Virus record (IMG/VR): IMGVR_UViG_3300032053_000016
Location: 1-64,000 of that record
Origin: a virus
Length of the DNA stretch: 64,000 nucleotides
Strand: one strand, 5' to 3'
Numbering within the stretch: position 1 is the stretch's first letter; the number at the start of each line of letters is the position of its first letter. The notes beneath the pieces were generated by a model, which was not told the origin of the DNA, did not search any database, and was given only the letters and a program-made list of their open reading frames with translations. Positions 38,835 to 49,321 of this stretch are shown here, piece after piece. Both the position numbers and the translations under genes were made by a program.

Positions 38835-40403
38835 TCAAACGAGTGCCAAGCGGAACGCTGGCGACGCGTCGTAGAAGATCTCTTCTTGACCTCCGTCAAC
38901 GATCTTGACATCAAGCACGTAAGAACGTCCAGGAACAAGCGACTCCATCCAAACATCGAAGTGGAGGTAGTTGCTGTCTGAGCTCATCCTTGTGCAAGTT
39001 GTGTCGAACGGTATGATCACCTCGTCGCTGATCGAGTCACGAACGGAGTAGTACGCCTCCAGTATGAGGCTGGGTTCCTCTTGTGGAACGCGCACGTACG
39101 TGTACGCCGGGTTCAACCTGTCAAAAACGAAGCAACGGAACCGAATCTTGTCTGTTGGGGAGTACTCAACCGCTGTGTTCGGCACGTTCACTTGGTAGTG
39201 ACGCGAGCGGAATGGGCCAAGCGTTGTGTCTGGCAAGCGAACACACAGCGATCCGCTGTAGTACGCAACCGTGCCATCTAGAGAACCCCACTCCTGTTTG
39301 AATTTCACAAATTGGTTCGCGTGGTTGGTCCCGTTTGACGCGCTCAACGCTGCGTTGAGAATGAGGTCACGCAGGTTAGGTTCACTGGATTTCACCGTGA
39401 ACGTTGCGGAGTACAACCCGGGTGTGTAGACAGATCCAACAAGGAACTGCGAAGCGGTCACCGACTGCGAGTACTGCTGGTAACCCGTGGATGACGAGTA
39501 GTACGTCCACAACTTGAGCATCATGCAGTTCGTTCCCGTGATGGGCGTCAACGACGATCCAGAGACAACGTTGGTCGGTGTTCCTCGCGCGTACTTGCGC
39601 ATGAAGATTGTGCCTGGTTCATCGAAGTAGAACGCAGACTGGTGACTGACTTTTGAATCGTCGTAACGCACGATGAGCTGAGGGCGTTTGTTGTTGTCTA
39701 TCGCTTGACGCGAGGCAAAACGTTTGACGAAGCGGGTGCGTGTGTCACCCTCTTGCGATTCCGTGAAGGATACTCGGTACCCATAGTCGGGCATCTGCCC
39801 TGCGAGGGTCGCAGACACGATGCGTGTGACGTCTACTGAGAGATCTTCGGTTCCGTCCACAAAGCTTGCTGTTGAGAAGAGGTCAACAAGGCCGGATCCA
39901 AGGCTCCCACTTGAAATGATGTCGATGTTCGCAGACCCGAGCAAACCAGACGCGTTAGCACCCGAGGCGAACCAAACGCTAGGTCCACCTGCGGTCGTGT
40001 ACGAAGCGGTGAGGAAGTTGACGACGTCTTCGTCTTGATAGAACACGACGTCTCGACCGCGACCTTCGTCCCACGAACGAGAGAGCGGGTACACTTTGAT
40101 CGTGTAGTTGCGTGGCGTCGTCTGCCCACCGTACACGTCGTGAAGCCTTAGTGCGCAACTGAACGTGGGCGATGTGATGTCAAGCAAGCCAGCGACGTAA
40201 TCAGCTCGCAGACTGGTGAGATCGAAATGAACAAGCAATCGTGTGAGCTCGCACACGGCGTTGGAACCCGATTTGTTCAACCCGTACAACTTGTAAAGGT
40301 CAAGTGTTCCAGCCTCACCGGTGTTCGCGTTCGTCTTCGCTACACCTTTAATGATGCGATCAGTGATGTACGCATCCTTGTCTGCCTTGATCGCACGATA
40401 CAT
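38835..40403 (-). CDS. Virion structural protein (baseplate region)
   Basis: DAYIT...N.G....L.LYK, R.LVHFDL, PLSRSWDEG.G motifs; operon position. Confidence 0.65.
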   Translation of the reverse strand: MYRAIKADKDAYITDRIIKGVAKTNANTGEAGTLDLYKLYGLNKSGSNAVCELTRLLVHFDLTSLRADYVAGLLDITSPTFSCALRLHDVYGGQTTPRNYTIKVYPLSRSWDEGRGRDVVFYQDEDVVNFLTASYTTAGGPSVWFASGANASGLLGSANIDIISSGSLGSGLVDLFSTASFVDGTEDLSVDVTRIVSATLAGQMPDYGYRVSFTESQEGDTRTRFVKRFASRQAIDNNKRPQLIVRYDDSKVSHQSAFYFDEPGTIFMRKYARGTPTNVVSGSSLTPITGTNCMMLKLWTYYSSSTGYQQYSQSVTASQFLVGSVYTPGLYSATFTVKSSEPNLRDLILNAALSASNGTNHANQFVKFKQEWGSLDGTVAYYSGSLCVRLPDTTLGPFRSRHYQVNVPNTAVEYSPTDKIRFRCFVFDRLNPAYTYVRVPQEEPSLILEAYYSVRDSISDEVIIPFDTTCTRMSSDSNYLHFDVWMESLVPGRSYVLDVKIVDGGQEEIFYDASPAFRLALV

Positions 40404-42247
40404 CAGACTGCCTTTCCAAGGATATCGTCGTCAGGAAATTTCAGTTCGTAGATGCCTCCAGGAGGCGGAATGATCACACCACGATGCGTGAAGTTTTGGA
40501 GATCGTGGTAGATCTCGCTGTACTCACGACCGTCGACCAGGTTCGTGAGGTTCTCAAGTTTGACCGTGTTCACCGAGACAACTCCGTTCGTGTTGTAGAT
40601 GAGGTTGTCAATGTCAGACAGAACGATTGGCTGATCGATGTGGAAGTTGCTTGTCTTGAAGAACGTGCGAAGTTTGGTGTTCACCAGCTGCAACACCGTC
40701 TTCTTGTTCATGGCTAGATCCACGGTCACTTCGTACGTGACCTTGATGTTCACGATGCGTGCGTCAACGATGTCGATCGCATCCGAGATCAAACGGTAAC
40801 CGTTGAGGTAAGTGCGAAGGTTGTCCTTGAGCGCGTCGGTCGCGAAGTCAAGTCGATCGTCAGCATCCTTGCAGATGACGTAGAGCTGCGTTGAAAGCGG
40901 GTTGTTAGGGGTTGCACGCGCGGCAGACCGAAACACACGTCCGAAGTCAGACGGCATCGTGTACACGCGCGAGATCAAGTCAGGCTTGGTAACGATGCGC
41001 GACTGCGCGCTTCGAACGAGCGGCACAAGCTCCTTGAGCTCATCAGGCGTCGGAGCGTCTAAGCCACCGATGGCCTTCCTCCTGTTCCTAACGGTCACAG
41101 AGCCACGCACGGCCGCCGCGATCGCGGCTGACGGTGTGACTGGGAAACGTAGAACCAGCGAGCTGACCACGCGGATCGTGTTGGGTTCCACGTTGTGAGT
41201 GGAGCCGCCGCCGTAACGGTAGGACACCGTCGCGACAGTGTCTGTCCCACTGACGCCTAGCGTCTTGGTGTCCAGCAGCTTCTGCGGGTTGAGCGTCGTG
41301 CGTGCGAACGTTGTCTTCCCGTAGAGAGGAAGCGCGAACTGCGACGGATCGGGGACGGCGTCATCCTCAAGTGTGTCAGCCGAACCACCGCCGAAGACCA
41401 ACGTTGTTCCACGATCGTCAAGCGACACACGAGTCGTGTACCGGTAAGGAGCCGGCATCAGCTGCATAACCATTGGCACCTTGTTGACGTCGTATCCTGC
41501 GTTCGTGAACGCCTTGTAGATCATGTCCTCTGCAAGATTGTTGACGCCGTGGTAGATGTTTCCAAGCGTGTCAGTCACAGCTGCGATGGATGTCACGTTG
41601 GGGTTGCTGAGCGTGATCCGTCGAAACGGCACGAAACCGTTGAACGTGTAAGATTCGGCCGTTGAGAACCCAGATATCGCGAGGGCTTCGCCACGCAGGA
41701 TGAACGTGATCGGGACGCCGTTAGCGTCCGTCTCGCCAACCTGGTACTCGGTTGTCAGTGCGCCGTCCGAATCCACCTTGGTGTAGTCCACGTCTTGCAC
41801 GAGCTCGAAGTCAACGCCATTCTCAGCGGTGCAGACGGAGCCTGCCTCGAGCACAGGAAGTGCAGACGGCAACGGTCGAAGCACGCCATCGATGCTTGTT
41901 GCAGGTGTTTCAATGAACAGAGAGAGTGTGACGACCGCCGGCGAAGCGCCAACGATGTCGACGCCCGCGCGTCGCAGTTGTCGCTCGATGTTGTCTGTCT
42001 CAACAGACGTCTCGGGGTCAAGCTCGCTGAACTGGTGATCAAGGTAGAAAGAGAGCGAGTCACCGATGTACGCTGGCATGTCCATGAGCAGCCCGCCCAT
42101 GCTGGCTTCAGACAGGTCAACGATCTTGTCACCGTAGTACGAACGTGCGTACTCGACGAGATCCTGTCGGAACGCGTCGAACTCCTTGTTCAGGTAACGG
42201 CGTTGCCTAACAGACTTAATTGCTTCTCGTTTTGTATCGGTTGACAT
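40403..42247 (-). CDS. Baseplate wedge subunit (T4 gp6/baseplate J-like)
   Basis: YLNKEF..FR..L..YA..YY, SFYLD.Q..E, Q.RIVT..D...R...MP..FG and IYELKFP..DI.G. Confidence 0.85.
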   Translation of the reverse strand: MSTDTKREAIKSVRQRRYLNKEFDAFRQDLVEYARSYYGDKIVDLSEASMGGLLMDMPAYIGDSLSFYLDHQFSELDPETSVETDNIERQLRRAGVDIVGASPAVVTLSLFIETPATSIDGVLRPLPSALPVLEAGSVCTAENGVDFELVQDVDYTKVDSDGALTTEYQVGETDANGVPITFILRGEALAISGFSTAESYTFNGFVPFRRITLSNPNVTSIAAVTDTLGNIYHGVNNLAEDMIYKAFTNAGYDVNKVPMVMQLMPAPYRYTTRVSLDDRGTTLVFGGGSADTLEDDAVPDPSQFALPLYGKTTFARTTLNPQKLLDTKTLGVSGTDTVATVSYRYGGGSTHNVEPNTIRVVSSLVLRFPVTPSAAIAAAVRGSVTVRNRRKAIGGLDAPTPDELKELVPLVRSAQSRIVTKPDLISRVYTMPSDFGRVFRSAARATPNNPLSTQLYVICKDADDRLDFATDALKDNLRTYLNGYRLISDAIDIVDARIVNIKVTYEVTVDLAMNKKTVLQLVNTKLRTFFKTSNFHIDQPIVLSDIDNLIYNTNGVVSVNTVKLENLTNLVDGREYSEIYHDLQNFTHRGVIIPPPGGIYELKFPDDDILGKAV

Positions 42248-42261
42248 CTAGTTCTTTCCCC

Positions 42262-42753
42262 TCACGTGAGGCCAACGATGACTTCTAGGGATTGTTTGAC
42301 GGAGTTGATGGAGGGAACATCGTAGGTGAGGAGATAACGTCGTAAAGACATCGTCGGTGCATGTGATCTCACTTGAAGATCCTCGGCGTTATCGAGTGGT
42401 AGCATCTCTTGCAAAGAAACGAACGGCATCCACTTCTCTACTGCTGCCCTGATGCGAAACGCAACTTCTTGATCGTAATCGTCGCGCGCGAGCCGTTCAG
42501 ACGCAAGCTCAAATAGGTTTGCCCCAAAGTCGTACTGCCCTAACCGCTCGCCCCAGTTGGTGAGCACGAGGTTGCGCAAGTTGTCCCTAATCTGATCAAA
42601 CAGATCAGTGTGCATTTCGTAAAGTGCTGTATTTCCGTACCGTAACGGTGTTTTGATGCCAATAGGGATGACAACGCGTGCCGCATCGGCCTCAGAGCGG
42701 ATCGTGATCGCGCTCTTACCAACTGACTTGAACGAGATAGCTGATGCTGCCAC
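42262..42753 (-). CDS. Baseplate wedge subunit gp25-like
   Basis: QI.DNL.NL.LTN.GER....DFGANL, AV.KWMPFV. Confidence 0.85.
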   Translation of the reverse strand: MAASAISFKSVGKSAITIRSEADAARVVIPIGIKTPLRYGNTALYEMHTDLFDQIRDNLRNLVLTNWGERLGQYDFGANLFELASERLARDDYDQEVAFRIRAAVEKWMPFVSLQEMLPLDNAEDLQVRSHAPTMSLRRYLLTYDVPSINSVKQSLEVIVGLT

Positions 42754-42784
42754 GGGGCTAACTACGCCTTCACTCGCACCCGGC

Positions 42785-43693
42785 TCAGATCAGACCGGTC
42801 AACGTGGCGACGCTTTTTGCGATGGTGCCAGCGCCGACCAACATCCCTACGATGTCAGTGCACACCATGGCAACAACGTCTTTGATGTAGATGAGGATCG
42901 ACGCGACGAAGATCTTCGGCACAACGAGCAGAATACCCAGATCGATCAACAAGTTGATGACGATGTCGAAAGCAAGCCCTAGAACCAACTTTGGAAGGTT
43001 TGGCAGATCGAGAACCAACTTGATGTCTGGTGGCACCGTGAACTTCAAAAGTAGGTCAAATGGTAGCTTTATCAAACCTAACAAGAGATCAGGCAACACT
43101 AACGGAGGGAGCGCTACATCAAAAGAAGGGAACGGGATCGGCGGTGGGATTGGAGGCAAAGGAATCGAAGGTAAACTCAACTTGATTCCTAGATCAGCAA
43201 GTTTTATCGCAAGATCTGGAGGTGTGATCTTCAACTGCGCAGCTAGATCAGGCAGCGTGAACGGGATTGGGAGATCCACGTCCAGATCGAGCCCAACGTC
43301 GAAGATGGGGAAGAGTGGTGTCGTCCCGTTGGCGTCCATGGCAATCGCCGTCTTCTCGTAGAGAAGATCGGGGAAGATGGCGTGCCACATTGGACATTTG
43401 CTGGGATCCACGAGTTGAGAAGCGATGATCGCTGCGATCGGGTCTGTTTCGAACCAGAAGACAGGCTCGGTCGTCAAAGTCGTGATGTTGAATATCGTTG
43501 GACCTGGGATCGGCGGGAGTGGAAAGAGTGAGTTGAAGATCTTCGTTGACGGAGATCCTCCTTGCCCATTTGCGTTGCCACTCAACAGAAGCGCAACAAC
43601 CTCTTCGATGTACTTGTCCTTCGCCGTCTTCGTCAGTTTGCCGTCTTTCAGCAATCCAACTCCAGTGAGGATAGGACCGTAGACTTTTGCCAT
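42785..43693 (-). CDS. Pro/Leu-rich hydrophobic virion-associated protein
   Basis: LP.IP-rich repeats and hydrophobic C-terminus; between hub and gp25. Confidence 0.55.
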   Translation of the reverse strand: MAKVYGPILTGVGLLKDGKLTKTAKDKYIEEVVALLLSGNANGQGGSPSTKIFNSLFPLPPIPGPTIFNITTLTTEPVFWFETDPIAAIIASQLVDPSKCPMWHAIFPDLLYEKTAIAMDANGTTPLFPIFDVGLDLDVDLPIPFTLPDLAAQLKITPPDLAIKLADLGIKLSLPSIPLPPIPPPIPFPSFDVALPPLVLPDLLLGLIKLPFDLLLKFTVPPDIKLVLDLPNLPKLVLGLAFDIVINLLIDLGILLVVPKIFVASILIYIKDVVAMVCTDIVGMLVGAGTIAKSVATLTGLI

Positions 43694-43695
43694 TT

Positions 43696-45084
43696 CTACT
43701 TGACCAACACCTTGCTGGCAAACGTCCCGTTCAACGCGTCAGCTCCACCTTGCGAGCCAAGCATCGTGTCGATGATCGGCGTGGCGGTGACCGATCCACC
43801 CGCCCCCTTGTTGTTGACCCTCGTGCACAGGATCGCCTTGTCAGCGTCCTCACCACCCAGTAGAACAAGCCCGGTCTTCGCTGGCAACGCCACGATGTTT
43901 CCATCCTTGATGAGGAACCCGGCGCATTCTGACTCTGGTGAGTCTGCCTTGGGTTGGACAAGGATCTTTGCTGTCTTTCGTGCGATCAGTCGGATGTGAT
44001 CGGTTTTGATGACCGTCGCGGGGCCCGGCTTCTCCTTGCTGGAGAAGTTGATCTCGAAGTTCCCGTCGGCGTCCGTGTTCATCGAAACGTACATCCTTGA
44101 CAGATCAAGCGCGAAATCGGGATCGCCTTCTTCTTTGTTCTCGTCTGCTTTTCGTTTCGATCCTTCCTTCTTTCCAAGCGTGTTGGTCACTTCTTTGGGT
44201 GCTGTCTTCTTGGAGCTGCCACGTCCCGCGACGATGTCGATGGTACCAGCAAGACCCTTCGCATCTTTGTCAGGCTTCCCTTTGACACGTTTGCCTTTGG
44301 GTGTGGATTCGAACTCAGCTGTGCGTCCAACACGGTCAGTGCCGAGCACGATGAGCGTGTTGTTTGAACCCTGAAAGGCTGTGTCTCCTGGGCGTTTTCG
44401 GTAACGTGGGACCAGCTCATGATCTGCCACCTTGCCCGAGTCAGAGTCTTTCAGCAACTTCTCGTACGCCTTGGCGTCTGTGTCAGACGAGCTTGCGCCC
44501 ACATTGGTAGTCTCAACCTTCCCATCGCGCACGAACGTTGGCCCGTTGTCAAACCCTGGTTTTGGATCTGCTGATCCTTCGTACTTCTCGGCTGTGTCTT
44601 TTGCGCGTTCGGACACGTGGAACTTCCGGTCCGCGTGTGTGTGGTTGAGGTCGTCAACATGTCTTGGTTCCGAGATCCTGCACATCCAGAAACCGTGGTC
44701 GATGGATTTTTCCTGCTCAAAGAACGCCCAAACATGTTCTCCAGCTTGCGCTGGCAACATGATGTGTGGCGGAAAGAACGGAAAGAGGTAGTGGTGACGT
44801 TCGTGACCGCCGGCTGACTCGTTCACCACACGCGCGATGACCGTGTTTGGAGGCATCTGCTTGAGGAACGCCGCCTCAGTGAGGCCGTACTTCCCCTGGA
44901 TGTCTTTGATTCGATCGTCGTCGAGCTCCTGTGGATCGAATATGACTTCATCGACGAGGAAACGTTTCAAAAAACGATCACCGCCAAGCGTTCCAGCTCC
45001 AAGAGCCATGGCGCCAAGTACAGAGCCAACTCGACCCTCAGCGGCTGCGGATGTCGCACTGTTTCCGGCGCTTCTATTCGTCAT
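43696..45084 (-). CDS. Putative baseplate hub/spike (gp5-like)
   Basis: PFFPPH..LP..GEHVW, GSNNTLIVLG.DR and IKTDHIR.IAR; location upstream of gp25. Confidence 0.55.
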   Translation of the reverse strand: MTNRSAGNSATSAAAEGRVGSVLGAMALGAGTLGGDRFLKRFLVDEVIFDPQELDDDRIKDIQGKYGLTEAAFLKQMPPNTVIARVVNESAGGHERHHYLFPFFPPHIMLPAQAGEHVWAFFEQEKSIDHGFWMCRISEPRHVDDLNHTHADRKFHVSERAKDTAEKYEGSADPKPGFDNGPTFVRDGKVETTNVGASSSDTDAKAYEKLLKDSDSGKVADHELVPRYRKRPGDTAFQGSNNTLIVLGTDRVGRTAEFESTPKGKRVKGKPDKDAKGLAGTIDIVAGRGSSKKTAPKEVTNTLGKKEGSKRKADENKEEGDPDFALDLSRMYVSMNTDADGNFEINFSSKEKPGPATVIKTDHIRLIARKTAKILVQPKADSPESECAGFLIKDGNIVALPAKTGLVLLGGEDADKAILCTRVNNKGAGGSVTATPIIDTMLGSQGGADALNGTFASKVLVK

Positions 45085-45464
45085 CGTTTCTTGCCGATCT
45101 TTGTCGGTTCTTCCGCGAACTTGTCGTAGAGTGCATCCGCCGAGATCTCGCCGGTGTCAGCTTGATTCTCAAGGGCTGCGTTGACTAGCTCAGCCAGTTT
45201 GAGCAGCTGATCGTTCGCTCGACTCATTCTCTCGATGTACTTCGCGATGTTTGGCCCATGCAAGGCGTGTTGCTGTGCATCATCGGACACAAACCCTGAC
45301 AGGTGCGTGTACATCTGGAAAGCGTAGTCACGATCCTGCAAGGCGTTGGTGTAGATGTCCTGCCACAGGATCTTGCGTTTGTCCTGTAGCGAGGTGATAG
45401 AGTCGAGAAGGTCCTTGAACCCTGCGATCTTCACGTTGATTGCTTCGTTGATTGTCGTTCCCAC
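45081..45464 (-). CDS. Hypothetical helical protein
   Basis: KY.ERMSRANDQL.KLAEL. Confidence 0.6.
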   Translation of the reverse strand: MGTTINEAINVKIAGFKDLLDSITSLQDKRKILWQDIYTNALQDRDYAFQMYTHLSGFVSDDAQQHALHGPNIAKYIERMSRANDQLLKLAELVNAALENQADTGEISADALYDKFAEEPTKIGKKR

Positions 45465-45485
45465 GAGACTAAGGTAACACCTTGC

Positions 45486-46247
45486 TCAGAGATCGAGGAT
45501 CCCGATTCGTTCAAGACGGTAACGTCTTTTGATAGACTGGAGCGCAGTTGTGAGTTGCTTGGATGTGAGCCCTGACAGTTCTCGCAAGTAAAGCAGGATT
45601 CCGCTCTTGTTTAGGATGTCAGGAGCGTTGTGACCGTTCACGAGCTCGAACAGACGTGAGATCGAATCGATGCACAAGATCTCGTTTGGGTTGGTTGTCT
45701 CATGACGTAGTTCCCCCAACATGGCAACGATCTTCCTTGATATGATCCCGTCTGGTCGATTCTCATCCTCAAACACACGCTGAGAATCCTCCATGATTTG
45801 AGACTCGAACGGCGCGATCTGATCCTCGTCGTCGATGGAGATGAGTCTTCTAGCCTTGGTGTTCTTCTGCTTCGTACGGATGATGAGCCAGTTCTTGGCA
45901 ACGACGTTGAAATACGAGAAGGCATTTGTTCCTCTCGTTGAGTCAAACTTGTGAATGGTCTCAAAGAGAAAATGCACACAATCGAACTTCAACTCTTCAG
46001 AAGTCTCATTTGCTGCCGTGAAACGATGGATGTTGACAAGGTTGTCAACCAACGCTGTGAACGCTGGTGAGATCCTTGCCACGTAGACGATGTCACGTGC
46101 CTTCTTATCCTCGCCTAGCCCTTGGTACTCGACGATCGCGGCTTGCGTGTCAGCATTGAAGTACATGCGAGACGGATCGGTCTTGCCCGGTTTCCGCTTG
46201 ATCTTCGGTCGTGGCAACGTGGATTTTTCATTCTTGATCGGTGTCAC
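45486..46247 (-). CDS. Phage late sigma-like factor (T4 gp55-like)
   Basis: YF....Q.AIVEY and KFD..RG.NAFSYFNVVAKN resemble sigma region 2. Confidence 0.6.
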   Translation of the reverse strand: MTPIKNEKSTLPRPKIKRKPGKTDPSRMYFNADTQAAIVEYQGLGEDKKARDIVYVARISPAFTALVDNLVNIHRFTAANETSEELKFDCVHFLFETIHKFDSTRGTNAFSYFNVVAKNWLIIRTKQKNTKARRLISIDDEDQIAPFESQIMEDSQRVFEDENRPDGIISRKIVAMLGELRHETTNPNEILCIDSISRLFELVNGHNAPDILNKSGILLYLRELSGLTSKQLTTALQSIKRRYRLERIGILDL

Positions 46248-46554
46248 TTGTTGGAACCTTCTCTTCTTCTTCGGTATTCCAACTTTGAGCGAGGCGAATT
46301 GCCACAGTCATAAGGCTGGCGTGAACTCGCTTGAGCTCGTTGTGAATCTGTAACACTCTGGCATCGTTTGCCGCCAATGGCATGTCAAGGATCTTTCCAA
46401 CCACGATGTGAGCCGTGTTGATCGTGTCAAGACATGCTTCAACGGCTAAACCACCGGCATAGGCCGTGTTGTTGATCTTCAACGCTCGAAGTGTGATCAA
46501 CACGTTACCGGTGATGCTCGCTATCAACAGAAGAGACAAGATAACGACGATCAT
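46228..46554 (-). CDS. Membrane-anchored hypothetical protein
   Basis: N-terminal transmembrane segment. Confidence 0.55.
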   Translation of the reverse strand: MIVVILSLLLIASITGNVLITLRALKINNTAYAGGLAVEACLDTINTAHIVVGKILDMPLAANDARVLQIHNELKRVHASLMTVAIRLAQSWNTEEEEKVPTSDTDQE

Positions 46555-47750
46555 CCGCCCACCTTCATGAGCACATCATCAAAAACAGCGCTCCAAGCGT
46601 TAGCGATAGCATCTTGACTGTATTTTGCTCGAATCTTCACGCCGAGATCCTTAGCCCACTCACGTGGGATGCTGCACGACGTGTGAAACTTGCGTACGCG
46701 TCGTCTGAAATCTGATTCAGAGACCTCAGCCCACTTCGCTCCGCGTGGGAAGATCTTGTCGTCTGCACGTTCCTTGGGGATCGTCGCCAACGTGCATGGA
46801 AGGTCCACGTAACGCCCAAGACCGAGAAACTCGGTGTGCGCTGACCAACCTGTCGCGATGACGGGCAGATCACACGCAGCTGCCTCCAGTAGTGGCAACC
46901 CAAAGCCTTCACCGCGTGTCGCGCTGACCAGCGCTTTGACGTTCGGGTGACGATACAGTGCAGCGACGGCATGATCGTCAAGGTCGCCGTGCACAAGGTG
47001 AAGCTCTGGAAGCTTCTTCTTCGTGCGTGAAGTAACATCGTTGACAATGTTTCGAACCGTGTTCTCCGTGTGATACGCGTCGAACGTGGTGCTACGACCC
47101 TGATTCGTCTTCAAAAGGATGCCAACGTCTTTGTCGTCGGCGAACTCCTCAAGCAGCCAACGTATCGTGTTGTGCAAGTTCTTGCGATCGGCACGAGCGT
47201 TATCTTGCCCTGTCATCTGCCCAAACACAAGAAACGTGAACAAGGGTAGCGGATCCAACGTTGAAGTGTCGATGTTTGCGTCAAGAAGCGCGCTCGGAAA
47301 ACTCTCAGCGATGACGTGTGCTTTTTCAACAGGAGCGGACCAACCAGCGTTCTTGAGACTGTTGAGCGCGTGCTTAGATGGCACAACAACATGATCCATA
47401 CTGTTACACGCTGTCACCCACTCAGGAACTGATTTGTCAGTTTCAACCGCAGCAGTGACACCAACGTTCACGGTCGCGAGCGTAGGGTTCCATTCATTTG
47501 GCAGCTGGAGTTGGAAGCTCACGTCAGCTTTTCTTGGCAGTGGCTTGCAGCGCATCGCGAGCGCGTTCACAAGCGGATCGCGATCGACGTTCGTGATCCA
47601 GGTCGTGTTCCCCCAATACAACGGCTCACAGTAAAGTTCGATAGAGTCAGCGGCGACGAGACGCATCAACCACTCGCCAATCTGACGTGCGTGCGTGCCG
47701 TATCCCGACATTGTCAGGATGGGCGCGCGCAGGATGACGACGGGTTTCAC
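46551..47750 (-). CDS. Glycosyltransferase family 4 (GT-B)
   Basis: SGYG.HAR, DRKN and RGEGFGLPLLEAAA..LPVIAT. Confidence 0.9.
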   Translation of the reverse strand: MKPVVILRAPILTMSGYGTHARQIGEWLMRLVAADSIELYCEPLYWGNTTWITNVDRDPLVNALAMRCKPLPRKADVSFQLQLPNEWNPTLATVNVGVTAAVETDKSVPEWVTACNSMDHVVVPSKHALNSLKNAGWSAPVEKAHVIAESFPSALLDANIDTSTLDPLPLFTFLVFGQMTGQDNARADRKNLHNTIRWLLEEFADDKDVGILLKTNQGRSTTFDAYHTENTVRNIVNDVTSRTKKKLPELHLVHGDLDDHAVAALYRHPNVKALVSATRGEGFGLPLLEAAACDLPVIATGWSAHTEFLGLGRYVDLPCTLATIPKERADDKIFPRGAKWAEVSESDFRRRVRKFHTSCSIPREWAKDLGVKIRAKYSQDAIANAWSAVFDDVLMKVGG

Positions 47751-49000
47751 TTGATCACCTTCTTGGTCCAACGTGGTCGCCTAGAACGCCAGTTGGTGAT
47801 CACGTCATCCAACCCCTTGTCCCATGTCTTGATAAGGTTGTCCATGTCAAACTCCGTGTGAGCGTAACGCATCGCTTTGAGTCCCAACTCCTTACGAACA
47901 TCAGGCTCCATCTTGTACATCTGCCAGTAAGCATCGGCAACAGACTCTGGTTTGACGATGTCTTCCACGATGTACGGCGTGGATTGGCTGCCAACAAGTT
48001 TCTTGCAGTCGACTTCAAGCGGGATGCCGTTGAACGATCCGTCACGGTAATCAATGACTTGCCGCGTCATGCCTCCTGTCTTGTTGGCAATGATGGGCTT
48101 GCCGCACATCATCGCTTCAAGCGTTCCGAGCCCAAATCCTTCAGCGTACGAGATGTTGACGACCGCGTCCGAGATGTTGTAGAGCACACGCATGTCGTCG
48201 AGGTTGAGCTGCTCACGTGAGAACACAACGTTGTTGTTGAGCTTGAGGATGTCAAGGACATGCAACAGGTTAGGCCCTTCGAAATCGTTTGGATCGGTGT
48301 GCATCAACAGCGTTGCCTTCTGATGACCCTCTTCTTGCTGGAGTTTATCAAGGAACATTCGGAAAGACCACATCACATCTGCTGGACGCTTGCGGTGCGC
48401 GTTGCGGTTGACCCATGAAACGACAAAGTGATCTGAGCGGTCTGGCAGTAGACGGTTGCGATGCATCTGCTGCTCACCGACGGGAAGCGGGTAAAAGACG
48501 TCCTTCGGCAAGGCATGTGGAGCCCACTTGACCTTCTCATCGCCGAAGATCGGCTGCAGGAAGTCGTACGTTGGACGGTTGATGCAGAAGAACATGTCGA
48601 CGATGTCGTACACGTTCCTGTTGTAGAGCGGCGGGTACTCACACTGATCCCAGAGATGGTTGTACACGATGGGGCACACCTGGTGGATCTCGTCGTGCAC
48701 TTCAAACATGTTCATGAAGAACCGAGGGTCGTTGAAGATCACGATGGCGTCTGGCTTTTCGGTCGCGAGGAGCTGCCGATAGAGATTCTTGTCGCCGAAC
48801 CCATCGATCGGTTTCACGCAGACGTCGATTCCTGGGACCTGGACGACGTCGTAGTTCTCGTGTTTGATGGCCGCGCCAAGTTGGCAGATCTTGTACTTGT
48901 TGGTTGCGGCGAGCCCGCACGCGAGGTAGCGACTTTGCGTGCCGACTCCTGAACTTGCGAGGAGGTTATCACTGACTAGGACAATCTTCTTCTTTGTCAT
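47747..49000 (-). CDS. Glycosyltransferase family 4 (GT-B)
   Basis: NRN..RK and SYAEGFGL..LEAM.CGKPII. Confidence 0.9.
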   Translation of the reverse strand: MTKKKIVLVSDNLLASSGVGTQSRYLACGLAATNKYKICQLGAAIKHENYDVVQVPGIDVCVKPIDGFGDKNLYRQLLATEKPDAIVIFNDPRFFMNMFEVHDEIHQVCPIVYNHLWDQCEYPPLYNRNVYDIVDMFFCINRPTYDFLQPIFGDEKVKWAPHALPKDVFYPLPVGEQQMHRNRLLPDRSDHFVVSWVNRNAHRKRPADVMWSFRMFLDKLQQEEGHQKATLLMHTDPNDFEGPNLLHVLDILKLNNNVVFSREQLNLDDMRVLYNISDAVVNISYAEGFGLGTLEAMMCGKPIIANKTGGMTRQVIDYRDGSFNGIPLEVDCKKLVGSQSTPYIVEDIVKPESVADAYWQMYKMEPDVRKELGLKAMRYAHTEFDMDNLIKTWDKGLDDVITNWRSRRPRWTKKVIK

Positions 49001-49033
49001 ATCGCGCTGGTCCGGAATATAAGACGTTTTCGA

Positions 49034-49321
49034 TCAAGCCAAACGACGACGATCATTACAACACTCAAACGGCGTCGTCTGACGCTCCCACCAAGTGCTT
49101 ACTCGATTATCAAGTGTGCTAAGAAACGTGTGCACGTCACACTCAACACCATCAACATCCCCAGCCACCGTTTTGATCACGATGTACACGATACTGAACT
49201 TCTCAAATGGAGTGAGAGTTGGGTAATCGAACTCCCACGACTCACCTGTGCGGTCATGAATGGGTTTTCCGTCTGATAGTTTAGAGACACTCATGCCGCT
49301 TAATTCATGTTGAGCGATCAC
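49034..49321 (-). CDS. GQVW-family small protein (isolated copy)
   Basis: DRTGESWE...VYIVI...RRLA. Confidence 0.55.
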   Translation of the reverse strand: MIAQHELSGMSVSKLSDGKPIHDRTGESWEFDYPTLTPFEKFSIVYIVIKTVAGDVDGVECDVHTFLSTLDNRVSTWWERQTTPFECCNDRRRLA